From Phoronis australis (Eukaryota; Animalia; Phoronida): DNA of 64,000 bases. Location: NCBI GenBank assembly GCA_002633005.1, contig NMRA01000579.1:147658-211657 (forward strand). The letters are read 5' to 3'. Shown here piece after piece: positions 11,501 to 26,500 of this stretch. Position numbers and translations under genes: made by a program. The notes beneath the pieces are model-generated. The model searched no databases and was not told where the DNA came from. It saw only the letters and a list, made by a program, of their open reading frames with translations. The stretch's first letter is position 1; the number at the start of each line of letters is the position of its first letter.

Positions 11501-14500
11501 CTTAAAGTGGCAAAACGTCATTGAACTCAAGAATAAGTAAACTGACTTTTGTTTGTCAAGGACTCCAGATCATAATATTTGCTCATCAGACTCAGCTGTA
11601 TGTAAAACCCAAAACAAGAATGATAAACTCAAAAAAGTGAAACAGACTCTGAGATGTATAGAGTCAGTACTTTTATGAACTTGTTTGAAAAATGGTATCC
11701 ATTTATCTTTAATATTAAGTTCACACACTCTAGTGAAAAAATATTAAGCAGTCATTTTCAGCTTAAAGTTCCAATGCATTAATCCAAATTTTAATATTCC
11801 GTAAAGCTGAAATCGTAGAGAGCCATTGCCTGCGAAACCAAGACCACCCCAAAAATGGTTCACAGTTTAGACACCACGCAGAAGAGAGGTCAAGATGACC
11901 CCCCATCAGGCAGACCATTGGACAATATGACCCACAACTGACCTGGTGAAGTCTACGCTGCTTCTCTTGTGAGACGCGCTATATGAACACACCTCATTCT
12001 GACTGCGGCCACTGAAAATTGGACAAGGATATGGCTTGAAAAATCCAGGAAATTCAACGCAAAAAATAAATACACATTACGGTTACGTAGGAACCTCGAA
12101 AAATGTCCAAATTTGACTAACTCCACATCATACCTAAGAAGATTTAGATCAAATAAAAATTGCTCATATTTTCGATATCGTTGTTTTGCTACGAACCTAC
12201 ATCCCTTTTCTATTAAATTGCACTACAGAGAAACGGTCATGAGATCTGATTAATGGCAAGAAATCTAAAATCAAATTCTAAGTGCTTTCTACCTTCAGAA
12301 AATATATACTTTAACTGGTCCAAAATCTATAGTTTTGTAGAAATTTGGCTACATAGACAGACCTGTCAGTAAGTTTTCTTTAGACAAAGAGGCGCAGACA
12401 TGCTTTTTGGTCTAACCCAGGAACCAATCGTATGTCGCTTCTAAATCAAGTAAAGTGGTTACACCACCATATTGGAATTTCCATTTGCGGCACATCAGCT
12501 TTAGAAAATACTGTTGAAAAAATAAACAGCCAAGGATGATAAAGAATGAGGGTGAATTATGACTCACCTGAACCGGAATGATGTAGACCGCCTAAAGGGA
12601 CCTCCTCCTGAAACTATCTTCTTAGCTTCTGATGACCTGTCCAAGCTAGAGTAGTAAATAACAGAAAATTAATATTGAGTGGTAGAGTAATTATACGATT
12701 GCACAATAGAGGACAGCTACAGCGAGGTCTGTATGGGAGAGGGGAAGGTACTTACAAGTTGTGCTTGAAAGAAATAAAATACTACCAGCTGTTGGTGTTT
12801 CTGATCCATGAATCTGTTGCTTTTACGATATCTTCACGCAGCTAACTACGTGTATACCAAACCAAGTTTCTAAGCTTTATCTATGATGGATTCGTCAATG
12901 GATTTACGATGCGCTACTGACAATCCATTCCGTAATTAGTAATTCCAAATGATCAACACAGGATGGGATCTGAATAACACAATCCACAAGCATGTTAATT
13001 GCTTTAAATATGTGACCAGCTTCTTGCCTTTAGGACTGGGGAACAGGGACGACTGATGGTGATAGCAATATTTAAACACACAGTGTTACTGTACTATAGG
13101 TCGACTTGGCTTATCTAGAGACTTTATGTTCTCGCTAACACTTCTGTAGCCAGACCGCTTAGAGATTCGACAGCGTTCAGCCATCATTTTGGGAAATTCT
13201 GGGTCATTTTGTCTTCGTATTTTTGGCGTTTACTGTAATAAGAGCTATCTCATCAAAGTGCGTGAAACTTCATTATGCATAACATTGGCTAGCGCATCTC
13301 ATTCCATACATACGTAAAGAAGGCTTGCTGCTCCACCGCACACTTCCACAGATGTTTACAAGCGCTGTATGTGGGACAACGGTAGCCGACCAGCATCTTT
13401 TTCTGTAAACAACAAATAAAATGTCTTCATGAAAATACAAATTTCATTGGGTAGTAAAGTCAGTATCAAGGAATACCATAATATGAAACATGCACTTCAG
13501 ATAGCTATAATATACAGCCATCAGTTTCACATACCTATATTCCTTTAGATGGAAAAAGAATGATGTTAAAGTTAATAACACGGCACATGATATCATAGAT
13601 CAGTAAGACCCACCCATCCTCCATGTGAATTATGAACCCTTTGATGTCGAAGGCCACTGTTATCACTATACAGGTCATAGATCAATGCAATCAGATATCA
13701 GTTTCACATACCCGTTTTCCTCTACGCCCATAACGAACATCTTGTTGGTGAAGAGCAATGTTGCCATTGCCCAGCTCAAAGGTTCAATGCATACAGAGAT
13801 CAGTTTCACATACCTCATCATCGTCTGTGCCATAAAAACATCTCATTGGTGAAGGACAATGTTGTCATGACACAGAGATCAGTTTCACATACCTCATCAT
13901 CGTCTGTGCCCATAAAAACATCTCACTGGTGAAGGACAGTGTTGTCATGACACAGAGATCAGTTTCACATACCTCATCATCGTCTGTGCCCATAAAAACA
14001 TCTCACTGGTGAAGGACAATGTTGTCATGGCACAGAGATCAGTTTCACTTACCCCATCCTCCTCTGTGTGTATAACGAATGTCTTGCTGTTGAAGGCCAG
14101 CTTGGTGATAGCGTCCCATCGGAAAAGGTTGCTCCTCTTGTTGGAGTGGAATGTGACCACACCCAGGTGGGTGATCCCCAGGTACATGGACAGGCCCTTA
14201 GTGTCTTGGACCTGGTGCGGGTCGACACCATATGTGTCCAGGGCACATGCACGTTTCAGGAATTGTTCCTCAGCTTCAGACGGGACCAGGCCGCTGAAGA
14301 CAGAAAGATAAAAGGTCAACGGACATGGCAACGAGACCATGAGAAAGTTCCAGTGACCTAGTTTCTAGTGCTGAAAGCACAATCTCGCTAGTTCTCGCAA
14401 AATCATGCGAGTGAAAAGGTGAGTGTTTTGCAGGTATGCTCCGGAGCTTGTTAGTCTATCCTAGCAAAATCGTAGACACCAAAGAATGCACCCTTGGTCA

Positions 14501-17500
14501 AAAGCAAGACAGACATGGCAACATGTCAAGTTCCCAAGGGAAAAGCCTACAGAAGAACAACTAAATGGTAGGATTTAAGTTACAAGCAAGTGTCAAAGGT
14601 GAAGTCGCATCTCAAGGTCCCATGTCGAGGTCAAAAGTGAAAAAGCTATATCAACAAGAGCAAGAGAATGGTAGAACTGCAGTAAAGACAGGGTCAAAGG
14701 TTAAAGGTTGCGACCACACATCAAGGTAAAAAAATTAAAAAGTTGTTGCAACAAAGCAAAGTAAATCAAGAGAAGATAGCGGCAACAAAACAACATGAGG
14801 TGACAGGTCAGGCTATGTTAAGAATACTGTGCCTAAAGTATGGTGGTCATTGGAAAACCATGGCCGCTTTAAAGTGGAACTTGCAGGCTATCTCATTATC
14901 TCTGTGGTTGCTAGGCCAAATTAATTAGAAACACAACATATAGCGATGATGTGAATATGAAGTAGGTTGAAAATTGCCAAATGTTTCTAAGGACGTGTTT
15001 TGTGGCGAAACTGATCTGCCGCAAATCACTGAACTGTGTCCAGTAAGTATCATGATGTGGTACTGGGGAATAACGCTGCATGATGCTGGCTATCTGAGCC
15101 CGCGAGGTACGTCATTAGGGCAAAGGTCCCCTTTATGCAAATTTTTTTGCTTTCACATTTACAAGTTGTCAGTGAAAACAACTGTACTTTGTTTAACGTA
15201 AATGATGCTTAAATAGCATTGTTGTTCAGTTCCTGCTTTATATGAGCATAGTTAGGAGCATGCAAATACATCTTTAATCGAAAAGAGAAAAGGAATGTTT
15301 ATCAAATTGGAATTACCATTAAATGATGCATTGTCTGACCTTTGTGGCAAGTGACAAGTGAAGAGCTCCAATTAACACAGTGGAAACTTTTTTGGTTCTC
15401 TTGTGCTATTTCCCAACAAGAACACACCATTAAACTTTTACAAGATTTCCCAATAAACTTCGTATATCCGCGTTTTAATACCAACTAAAAATAGTTGACA
15501 TTTACACTAGCGCATAACAAGTCTTAGCCAGGAGTGCAATATGATGCCAAATATTAATCAAGACAATATGATCACAAGTCTGAACAGGGTGGGTTTTAAA
15601 TACATCAAAAGCCACTTAACTTGATGTAAGGATCATTGAACGGCAACATGTGTATCGATTTCAGAGACAGGATGAGCTAGTAAGAGGCTGATGTCATCAA
15701 CCTGGGTAATAAATATTTCTTCAAAATACGTGTTCGTTGCAACTATGAAAAACAAATTTTAAACGTTAGGTTATAGTGCAGAAATAAGCATTTGAAAAAT
15801 AAAAAGGAAATTTTGGCCATTCTATTACTGCAAAAAATTAAAAAGATTCATAATCTCGATTTTTTCCTTAGGACAATAGTGGGTTTGATCAAACTAACAC
15901 CCGTGTGTGTTTGTAGAGTGTTTATTTTTACAAAAAGGGTACGGTGTCCTAATTACAAACCATTGATCATTGAAAGAAGTTCACTCACTTCCAGGAAAAT
16001 GTAGTCACATTTGTATTTTTGAAATTTTATGACATTTGATTAAAGTCTTGTTGAATTGGTTAGCGTGTGCCCACACATGTGTGTTTGTGTGCGTGTGTGT
16101 GTTTGTGTGTGTGCATATTTGACTAAAACCCTCTTACATTGGGTGAAACAGAAAGTTATTTAAACAAGGCGAGCTCCCAATGAATTTACAAATAACTAAC
16201 CTCAGTGTTTTGTGGATCTCCATAATCTTATCTTCGTCCGTGATCGTCTGACGAGGTAACATCTTGAACTTAGTTACATAACCTGCGGGACAGTCCTCTT
16301 CATGGTAGTCACCAACCTCCGCTGAAAAGAAATGAGGAAATGACATCAACCAACTTTTCTCCAAAAATCTATGAAGGCAGTAGGAAATACTTCCGTCAGC
16401 AGAAGATTCATCACTCAGATGAGCCAAATGAAGAGAATCGTCAACGACATAACTAGCAATACACGACATTTTTCCTTCCTTCCTACCGACATACAGGTTT
16501 TCTCAATTTACGAAATACTATTTGCGTATTTATTCACTGCGTAATTAAAAGCGTGTATAATTGTATGTAAAAGTTTATGTGTGTGTGTGTATATTTCCTA
16601 GTATGTAGATACACGTAACATATTGAATAATGTAGGTGTATTTATTTATACTAACGAAATAAAGTATAAAAAACTGGATGTCAAACGAGCCATTACAACT
16701 TCTGGATGAGATAAAACAAGTAATAATAAAAAACCTTAGGCCAAAAAAGAGCACAATTGGTTCTGGTCTGCACTACTCATTTTGAAACCTGCATATCACA
16801 GCTGACATCACGTGGCACTGGGGAAAAAAAGAATCCTGACCCATTTCAGTAAGCATCGTCTGAAGCTGCGGGTAAAAACAGAAAGAAGGGCCCTGACCCA
16901 CTTCAGCAGGCTTTAGGTGACCTTGGGTAGAAAAAAAGATGGATTCTGACCCACTTCGGCTGACACCACGTGAATTTTTCTTTTTTAAAATCTGAACAAC
17001 TAAAATACCACAGCAATTCTGATTAAAACAACATGAACCAAACCTGTGCTACTTTTTGGATTAAGTTGAGAAACGAACTTTGACAATTTTTTATTTCTTA
17101 GTTTATAATCTGTCTTTTAGACAGTGAGCGAGGAGAAATGACTCCTTAACAAATATGCCCCCAGCACACTAATACAACCACAAAAAGCAACGAAACTAGC
17201 CTCACTTTAGTCTCTGCTTGTGAGAGACTAAAGAAATCACCACGGGTTGTTACAAGGATAAAAGTGACGTTACCAGAGAGATAAGTCTCAGAGCGGAATC
17301 AAAGTTGCAACGCCACGGCTGTATTCTAATGGTCTGCCAGAGGAGCTAAACCGACTCATTAAATGGCAGAATAATTTAAGCGTATATAACAGGTAAGTCA
17401 TCACACAAGATGTCAGCAAATTTCTGGCATTATAATATAATCATATATTAAACTTAAATGCATATTGATGTTTTATAGCTCTGGTCAAAGCTAACAAGTC

Positions 17501-20500
17501 AATCCCCTCTGACAATAAGCCCAAATAATGCTTTTGGCCCAAAAACTGAGCCTGTCCCCTTAAACAGTTACACATAAGTGCAAACAGGGTATCCAAGGAG
17601 CCTCGTTTATATTCTGACTGACAGCACTTGAGAGGGCGCCACTTACACTGAATGATGTAGGCAGCCAGCGTGTTGGCCTCGGTACTTGAACACAGCAGAC
17701 GACCGTGGTGAAGGTCGCGGCGTAGCTGGAGAAACAGCGAGTACCTGAAATAAATATGTCAATATGATGCATGGCAGTAACGTAGGACCCTAAAAAAATT
17801 CCAATTTCGGCCAAATTCTGAACATCGTATTTCAGAAATGGCTGATCACATTCACAAGAAACTCTCAGATACTGTGCTATAAACTGTTCTTGAAAATCTT
17901 GTTGGTGTTGGATTTGAAATGTTCCACTTTTGCATGAGGGGATATGAAAAACTCTGACTTATATGCAGTCACTGCAACTTTTTTAATCTCGCCGACTTCC
18001 TCACCGACGTAGTGCAGCCTCCAGCACACTATTTAATTCCTTGCTTGCGTAAGGACGCATTAACGTAACAAGAAAACAGAGACTTGCGTAACTGCAACAA
18101 GAAAAAAACCCCGAAAACGGAACCTCCTGGTGTGAACCCCTATGGGAGTATAATATAGTGTTTTTAAACGACACAAATGGACTGAATGCAGCTGCTCCAA
18201 CAGGGCAATAGTCGGATATAATGTGCCCACACTTTGAGAACCATTTTGATGCATGGTAATTGAGTGGAGAAAACTGGTTCTCAAAATGTGAGCACGTTAT
18301 GTATGACTATTACATTCCAACAGTTCAGTCTCAAACAGTCACACTTTTTCTGTTCTTCCACGATCCATAAATTGCTTCTAGTCTGGGTAAGGAACTATTA
18401 GATCTGAACTCGCAGTTTTGGACATCGAAGTATCATTAGAAATTTGTTAAAATCTCCGGTTTTTCATTCTACATGGATATTGTCTCATGTTGCAAAAGAC
18501 AGATCATCTATTAATAGACGTTTCTTACGTTAATTGTCATAATAACAATCATAAAACTAATTACCACGTTAATTTATTAACGCTCATTAGATGCATTGAA
18601 TCGCATTGATATTCTTATTCAAATTGTCATTCGTACACACAGATTGCGTGCACTCTCTACACCAATCAGCTGCAATTAAACGACATTGATCAGACTTGCA
18701 ATTAGATTAGATATTGCAATTGTGCGTACTGGTGCAGATCACTTGAAAATGGCCAAACAGAAACTATGGGCTCATAATACGTCATTATTGATTTGTTCTT
18801 AAGCAAAGACACCACCAAGCTGCAACTAGCATAATTACAAGAATCTGGTGATTTATCTGCAAACCACTCTCATGGATTGAAGACACAGTCATCTGCAGTC
18901 ACTCACCACAATTTTCGCAAAAAATGTACCAGGGTCCGGTTTTCACAAAAATATGCATACAAGAGAAAGTGGTTTCTACGGTGACCGTACCTATTGCCAC
19001 AGGAGTAAAATAAAAACTCTGCCACGCAAGTCCAAAAATTTTCAAAATTCAATATTTACGGTAGAATCTCACCAATTTAGGACACCATGAATGTTTTATT
19101 TTTTTCAATTTTTCATCAAAAGCAAGTAGCACTAAATCAGTGCTTCATAATTTTTACTTCTCTTTACCATGGTAACTAGCAGACAATGTTTTTCAGAAAC
19201 TGTGGGGATTTGAAAACCATGCTATAACCTTTTGAAAAAATAAAAACATCAATTTCGTCAATTGGTTTTGTCCAAAATTAGTGCTATTTAACCATACCAA
19301 CAGTAATGCAAAAAAAATTGTTAAAAGCCATACAAATTAGCAAAAGATGCTATACATGAAATGCGCTCACCTTGTGACCTCTTCCTGTAATTTCATTGGG
19401 TCGTCGGGGTAGAACTTGACACGGAAACACACCACTAAAGGCGACACATCTGCAATGAACACGGAGATTAGCCTAGTTCCCACCTCAGTCAGCTTTGTGC
19501 AAGTCAGAAATACAGTCTACAATGACGCGAGGTGACCAGCCTGATAGGAGTCGCTACTTTCACATTTAAAAAGTGCTACATAGAATACTTGTTGGCTAGT
19601 CTCTAGGAACTAGTCTACACCAATTGGTAAGTATGCAGTTGATCTTTGTGTGGATAATGAAAGCTGATGTGGGCCGTCACTACAGCCTAATTTGTAGAAA
19701 CCCAGTCATTCAATACAGAATCAATGTCAGGCAGACGATCATCTGCTCAATAAACTGGAGGATGATTTTGACTACCTCCTTAACTGGATACAATATGAGG
19801 CCAAAAAAAGCAAAGTTGTTCCTGGCCTGTTTTTTGAATCTGTATAAGCCAAAAAGCCATAGTTGGTCCTGGTCTGTTTTTCTGAAATCAAGTCGGAGGT
19901 GAAATGATTTTTCAGTTGCTCAATTTTTCAATAAAAGAACATCCACCTGAGATGAACAAACAAGATGCGGGATTTGCTGTTTTTCGTTCATCGATTGGTA
20001 AATTGTGGTTTTCCAAACCCTGCTTACCCTTTGTTATATGACTTTGTGCAGCTTTTCAAAAAAAACCCTGCAACGCTTCATTAGAATTTGATGCGTGTTG
20101 TTTTATTCTATTTTCTTTTTTTCTTTTTAGTCATTGAGCACAGGTCTCGGGATAGCAGGCAAAGTGGAAACTGATGAAAAATTGACGACTAGACCCTGGC
20201 TCCAGACAAAGCCTGACAGCATACGCACGTATACATCTCAAGCTCATTATTTGCAGTATCAGATATCCTTCTGCCAACATGCTAAGACCAAACAACACAG
20301 TCATATTCTGCAAAAAAGCCAAGATGCACAAGTCAATATTCATTGATGTTAATTTGACATTTTGCTTTCATCTGCATTTAATAGATACAATATTGTGAAG
20401 CCTGGTATACAAAGCCATGGCTTTTACATAGAGTAGGGTCATATAATGAAATCGAATACAAAACCTCCAAATGGGGTCGCTCGAATTCTGGCATTCGTGG

Positions 20501-23500
20501 AAATCAGAATTCATTCAAATATGAAATTTGAAAGACATGTTACACTGTTTTTCTAATATTTTCAAGAAATGGTTTTAGCCTACTAATGTAGAAATCTGGC
20601 AGAGAACAGCAGCAGAAAGAATGTACCAACAAGTAATGTCAGCCGCGAAGAGACGGTAAATCCGCCAGGGTCTAAAGTCGGTCATAATTAATAAATTTGA
20701 CAGATTATCAACAGTATTTATTTTCGGTACTCACAAAATCCAATTAAAATTCCAGTATCTATTACTAAAATATGTAAATTCCTTTAGATACTACCAATTT
20801 CTCGAAAGAGTCTATTCAGTTTATTTCGTTTGTTTCTTTGTCATGGTAGAAAACCGTGCACTCCGCTACGTATGGCAGAGGGGGCTTGGGTTGTGTATTC
20901 CTTACGTGCGTGTACTTACATTTCATTTGCCTGTGTACAGTCTTCAGGGGGTCTAACCAGTGCTGTGGAGACGAGAGAAAATAAAGTGGCAAATCAAATC
21001 ACATCAGTCCACGGAGCACTAAAGTACGCTAAAATCTCACCAATTTCGGACAAAAAAAATTTGCCAAACTTAATCTTTTATCATTTCTCAAAGGCTTTTT
21101 AACATGGCTGCGAATACCCATAAGTATGGCTACTTTTCACCTATTTAGTACATACTATGGCGGCGGAGCCAAATTTAATTTTGTTAAATTTTTCAACAAA
21201 AATACGAAATTAAGAAAATGTCAGCTGATATTACAATCATGTGTACTGTGCAGATGTCAAAAAACAACATCTGGTTTAAGGTTTATCTATTATTTACAGC
21301 ATGGTACATCTGCCTTTAGAAAAATAGCAAAAATTACAATTTTCGAAATTTACTTTTTGCTTAACATAAGCATAAAATTACCGCACTCAAAACCTGATGT
21401 CAATTAATGGAATAAACTGGAAATTGATAAATCATATTGATTTGATGCTGTGAGTCTTATACGAAAAATTGGGAAGATACAATATTACCTATCCACCACA
21501 TCGTATCCAAAATTGGTGAGAGTGTTCTGTATCTGAGTTTGCAAAGAATTTCAAGGCAAGTTAAATATCTGCTTCACACAAAGAATTGTGTCATATAGGT
21601 CATGAATTAGACACTGACAAATGGACAACCAGTTAAAATGAAAATCTTTAATGGCTTTCACTGTAAGCTGCACAGTTGGATATTTACAACAAAACATTGA
21701 AATTGATTTTTCCGCTCCATATACGGTGCACAATCTACCATCACTTGTAGCCATCACTGGTGATAGCATGCTGTGCTGGTCAGTGGTCCCTGGATGTCCA
21801 GGCGATGTCAGTGACCAGCCTGACAGCATAATGACTGAAACAAGGCTGTAATCCTATAAGGGTTCAGTTTAGAACTATAAAAGTCAACAGCTTGATTAGG
21901 CAACAGTTCTGGCTGTTTCATAATTCTCTAGTAGCCTTCAGGTAGAAACACTCGTAGTATGATTGATCTAGTTTTCAAAATGAAGGGTGGCACACAAACT
22001 TCTGAGCCGAGTAAGACAAGCGAGGAATGATTGATCAGGACTCATTAATGACTTTTCATTGTTTACTACATCTGCAATGCATCTCACAAAGCAACAGTAA
22101 AACTTTATTGCAGAATAACAAATGTCAAACTGATCTTGGCAACAGCCACTGTGTTGTTAGCAGACAATACCCCGCGGCCTTGAAAACTAAGTCAATCATA
22201 CGGCGCATTTTTACCTCCGCAAAAGAGGAGAGTTGAATTCGAGTAGTTGGAATTGCTCAACTTCATAAATGTCCCTTGTTCCAGAAAACAGAACAAACTA
22301 AACATAAGCGCAGGAAAACAACACATTATGCCAATCGGGGTTAGGCTGAGCTAAATACCAAACTGTAGGTGCCCGGTTGTCAACAAGTCTTTTTAGGGAT
22401 TAAGGAAGTTGTTATGCGTCCAAAGTCCGATTGGACTGTGGGACATTGTCCCACCACAGCAGACTACCCACACGGGTACAGGTATACCGTAGCCATGTGG
22501 GTTGATGCCCATGATCAAGTAAGTGCCCACCTATACTTTTTGAAAATCAGGCTTGACAATTGGCCTGCATGCATCGAAGCCACGCCCATCTCAGTGACAG
22601 CACCCATCAATCAATTCAAGGGGAGTGATTTTATTGTCGGATGAAATTGTCAAGATTGAAGACAACTTAATGATTTTCAGTTAAGAGCCTATGACTCTAG
22701 CTGGCGCTCACGCGTCATTTACTGCACCAAATTCATTTTCAAAATACAGTAATGCGCACTTTCAGATGCAGAATCTGAATCAATGGTCAGGTTATCGAAA
22801 TTGAATTTTAAGTAGCACATAGTCAGCCACAGTCAAATCCCAGTTTTGTTTACCTTCTTAGGCACAGTGACATTAGTGACATGCAGCAGGTAGTCACTGC
22901 CTTGGTAGCTAACTCAAATCAACTGATAATGGATATCTGCTCAAAGTCACAGTGATTTAAAGTATTTAATCTCCATGCAAAATTGATTATTAAAAGATAA
23001 ACACCACAAGTCAGAAGATTTTTTACTAGTGAATTTCGCAATGCATCGTTCAAACGCCTTAATCCGTCATTTGAACAGGGCATACGCCTCGAGAAAGTTT
23101 TTGACAAGACGATTTTCTATCATTCGAGTTGCAAAATTTTAACAGGACATCTATCTACCTAATTTTGCATCTACAACGACCTTGATGACAATTGTAGGAG
23201 AGGTCAGTCTAGAATTTTGGTGAGTAATCGTTTTTAATGTACATTTTCTCCTTCCTCAAAATGCATCTTCAAATATTCGAATACATTTGTTGGTTAGAGA
23301 GTGCCAATTCACTTTTCACCTCGGCGACTACTGCAACAAGCCTCACATCAAATTCTCTAACCTTTGGATCTGTGGACTTCAACTTCATAGATCATCAGTG
23401 GTCAAGGTAACTGACTGTCTGACTCAGGTTAAGTGCCCATGTTTGGGTATAGCGCCCGCCCCCAATTTACGCCCATGCCTGGGTTAAGTGACCCCTCCCC

Positions 23501-26500
23501 CATTTCCAGGCTCACCAATTCAAGTGTGGAGGATATTAACCCAAATGTTTACGGTACATTGCCAATCACCAGGTGGCCAGCAGGAACAATATCCCACAAA
23601 CCTCTGCTTTGGGATGCGCATGCATCAGCTATCGTCTATGCGTGAAAAGGTCAGAGTCATAGACATAAAAGCGCAGGAATTGCAGCCAATTAGATTAAGC
23701 AGTGCACACATGTGACTCTGTCTATTCACCACACACACAGTGCTCTCTACAAAAGGTACAAGACTGCACAGCTCTACAACAGGTAATTACAGTCAAACCA
23801 AGGCAGGTGAAGGTGTGCAGTATAACTGAATACAATTAGTCTAATGAACTTGATACCTACTCTGCGCCATGACAGCTCCTAACAGAGGTGTAAAGCATGA
23901 ACAAGAAGGCAAACTGAAGGCGCAGGCTTGATGATTGGCCTGCAGGCATCAAAGCCACACCCATCTCAGTGACAGCACCCATCAATCAATTCAAGGGGAG
24001 CGGTTTCATTTTTGGATGAAATTGTCAAGACTGAAGACAATGTATGTAATTTGCATGTTACGGAGAATGGTGGCCGTAACTGGGATGTTGAACACATGAA
24101 CACACAAGCATTGATAGACACCGTGATTTTCATTATCCAAAAACAAAGAAATTCGTTGAAGCAAATACTAAAGTTTGCTTTTTAATTGTGTACATAGGCA
24201 AAGTTTGTTTTACCGCTTCAAAGAAGTAGACAACATAATAAAAATGTTCTGGGAATAACCTTCCGCTGAATTTATGGCACAACTCCATTTAACCGATAAC
24301 TTGCGGCACGCCATACTCATCATTTCTCAAAGCAAAAAAACAATAGCGACAACTTCACAAAGAGTAAACAACAACTTGAATGAAAAGGTCAGTTTGCTGC
24401 AGCTATCTCGCATCACCAATTTGATGAACTATATTAACTTTTGGTTATTAAAATAAAACAGAAAAATTGGAGTTCCACTAAAAACTACTAACTCCGCGGA
24501 AAAATGTCCAATTCTGTGAATTCCGTTGGTTTCCATTGTCGCTGAAAATCAGGGTATCTACATTACAGGAACATCACAAAAAACAAGACAAAACATCTTC
24601 AAGCTCAAAAACTCTCACAAATCGTGCTTCAATGTATAATTCCAAACTGAATATCTAACTGTCCATAGCAAACCCAAGTTTGACTGTTGTAGCCTAATCT
24701 CAAAAATGCAACACACAGGCACCAAAATGCACCAACCAATCTAAAATGTAAGGAAGCTGTCTCTAGAGGCATAAATATAAGTATGTTAAGCGGCAAACGG
24801 CAAAGCAACAAGTAGCGCCACCAACCCTTTGTTTCTCAGCATCAACATAGCGAAGTCCGAAGTAATCCTTCTCGACCAAGTTGAGTTCATCGCACACTTT
24901 GTCCAGCAACCACTCCCCAGTGTGATGTTTCTGTAAGTAAAAGAAGACACTCAATATCTCCGTATCATGCAACAACAGTGGCGATCGGAGAGACCAGAAT
25001 TCAAGCAATTCTTTGCTTTTCAAGCGGGCCCAGTAGGAAATAAGTACTTGAACAAAAATACAGAGAGCTATGTACAATTAGATTGAAAAGATTAATGGAT
25101 AAAATAAATTAGTATAAAAATTAGTTAATATGTACAGTTAGATGAATAAATAAGATAAAATAGAGTAAAATAATGATGAGCTGAGGCCTACAGACCCGAA
25201 CCACGCACAAAGTCCCAGTAATTCTGTTTGAAGACGTGGACATTGGGCGCATTTGCAACAGCAGTCCCCAGCCCGTTGTAAGTCACAGCACCTCTGTAGG
25301 CAAAAGTTCTTTTGCCACAATTATTTTTAGGTTTTGCACCACTGGAATTTCTCATGTTATTTGATTAATTCGCATTAACTGCATGTATTTGACCTCCCAA
25401 TGTCAACAAAGTTTCACTGGTGTACTGTGGGCTACAAGTTGGACAACAGAAAGTTGGGTAAAATTGGTATCTGTAAAACAAGTCCACAATAACAACACGT
25501 TTTCCTACCTCCAGGACAAAGATTTCCATTTGGGCCCGTCCTATCAATAATGTGACACCAATTGCATCGGTGGCAATAAAAGGAGCAGGTAATTGTTATT
25601 AGCAACTAAGGTTTTTCACTTGTTATCCTCTGTCGCATCCATTTGTGGGATTTCCCATATACTAGTATTTTGTTCGCCTGGATTTTGAATGTGAACCGGC
25701 ACTCCCCCCCACCCTAAACGGCAGATTAACAGATCTACATTCCTGAGTGATAGCAACGAAAGTGTATGAAGATGGAGTTCAGGTGTAGATATTTACTTCC
25801 ATTCAGAAAGCGCATGAGTCATCTAATCCAAAGGGTGAAAAGCATTTCACATTTGAATGCTCGCAAGACCTTTGACCTGCCCGTTACCCTTCGACCCCAA
25901 GTCAGCCGACAGATCTGCCTAATCTTAGGGTGAAAAGCCCACATTCCAATGACATGATTAGTGGTTAGGCTCTCCTTGCTCATGGTGATCACATGTGATT
26001 GGTCATAATATTGACACAATATCACATGTTAACCACAACAGCTAGAAATTATGTCTGTGAAACAGGACACTCACTTCAAGCATACTGCATGATCAGAAGT
26101 CCTATTTATGACAGTCCTCCAAATCGAACAGACTCACCACAAAACAGGACCTAGGGAGTCAAATGGGACTAAAGACCAGAAAATGGGACCAATACACCTA
26201 AAAACATGACCACCACGCCACAAAACAGGACCGCTGGGGACGGAACATGAGCGTCTGACAAAATGTGTGTGATACAGGTTATGACAATACTATACCCCCA
26301 AGAACCAGTTATCCTCGAACACGTTTTGACTTGTCTAAAACATCAAATTGGACAAATTGAGTCGCTATTTTGTTCTAAAACTAACACAAAAGTCTTATTT
26401 CTGTCATTTAAAACAATTCCAGACGTGAATGAGGCAAGTTCAATTACAAAAGCTGCTCATAACACTACAGTAGAGTAAAATTGCACAAATGTACGATATA

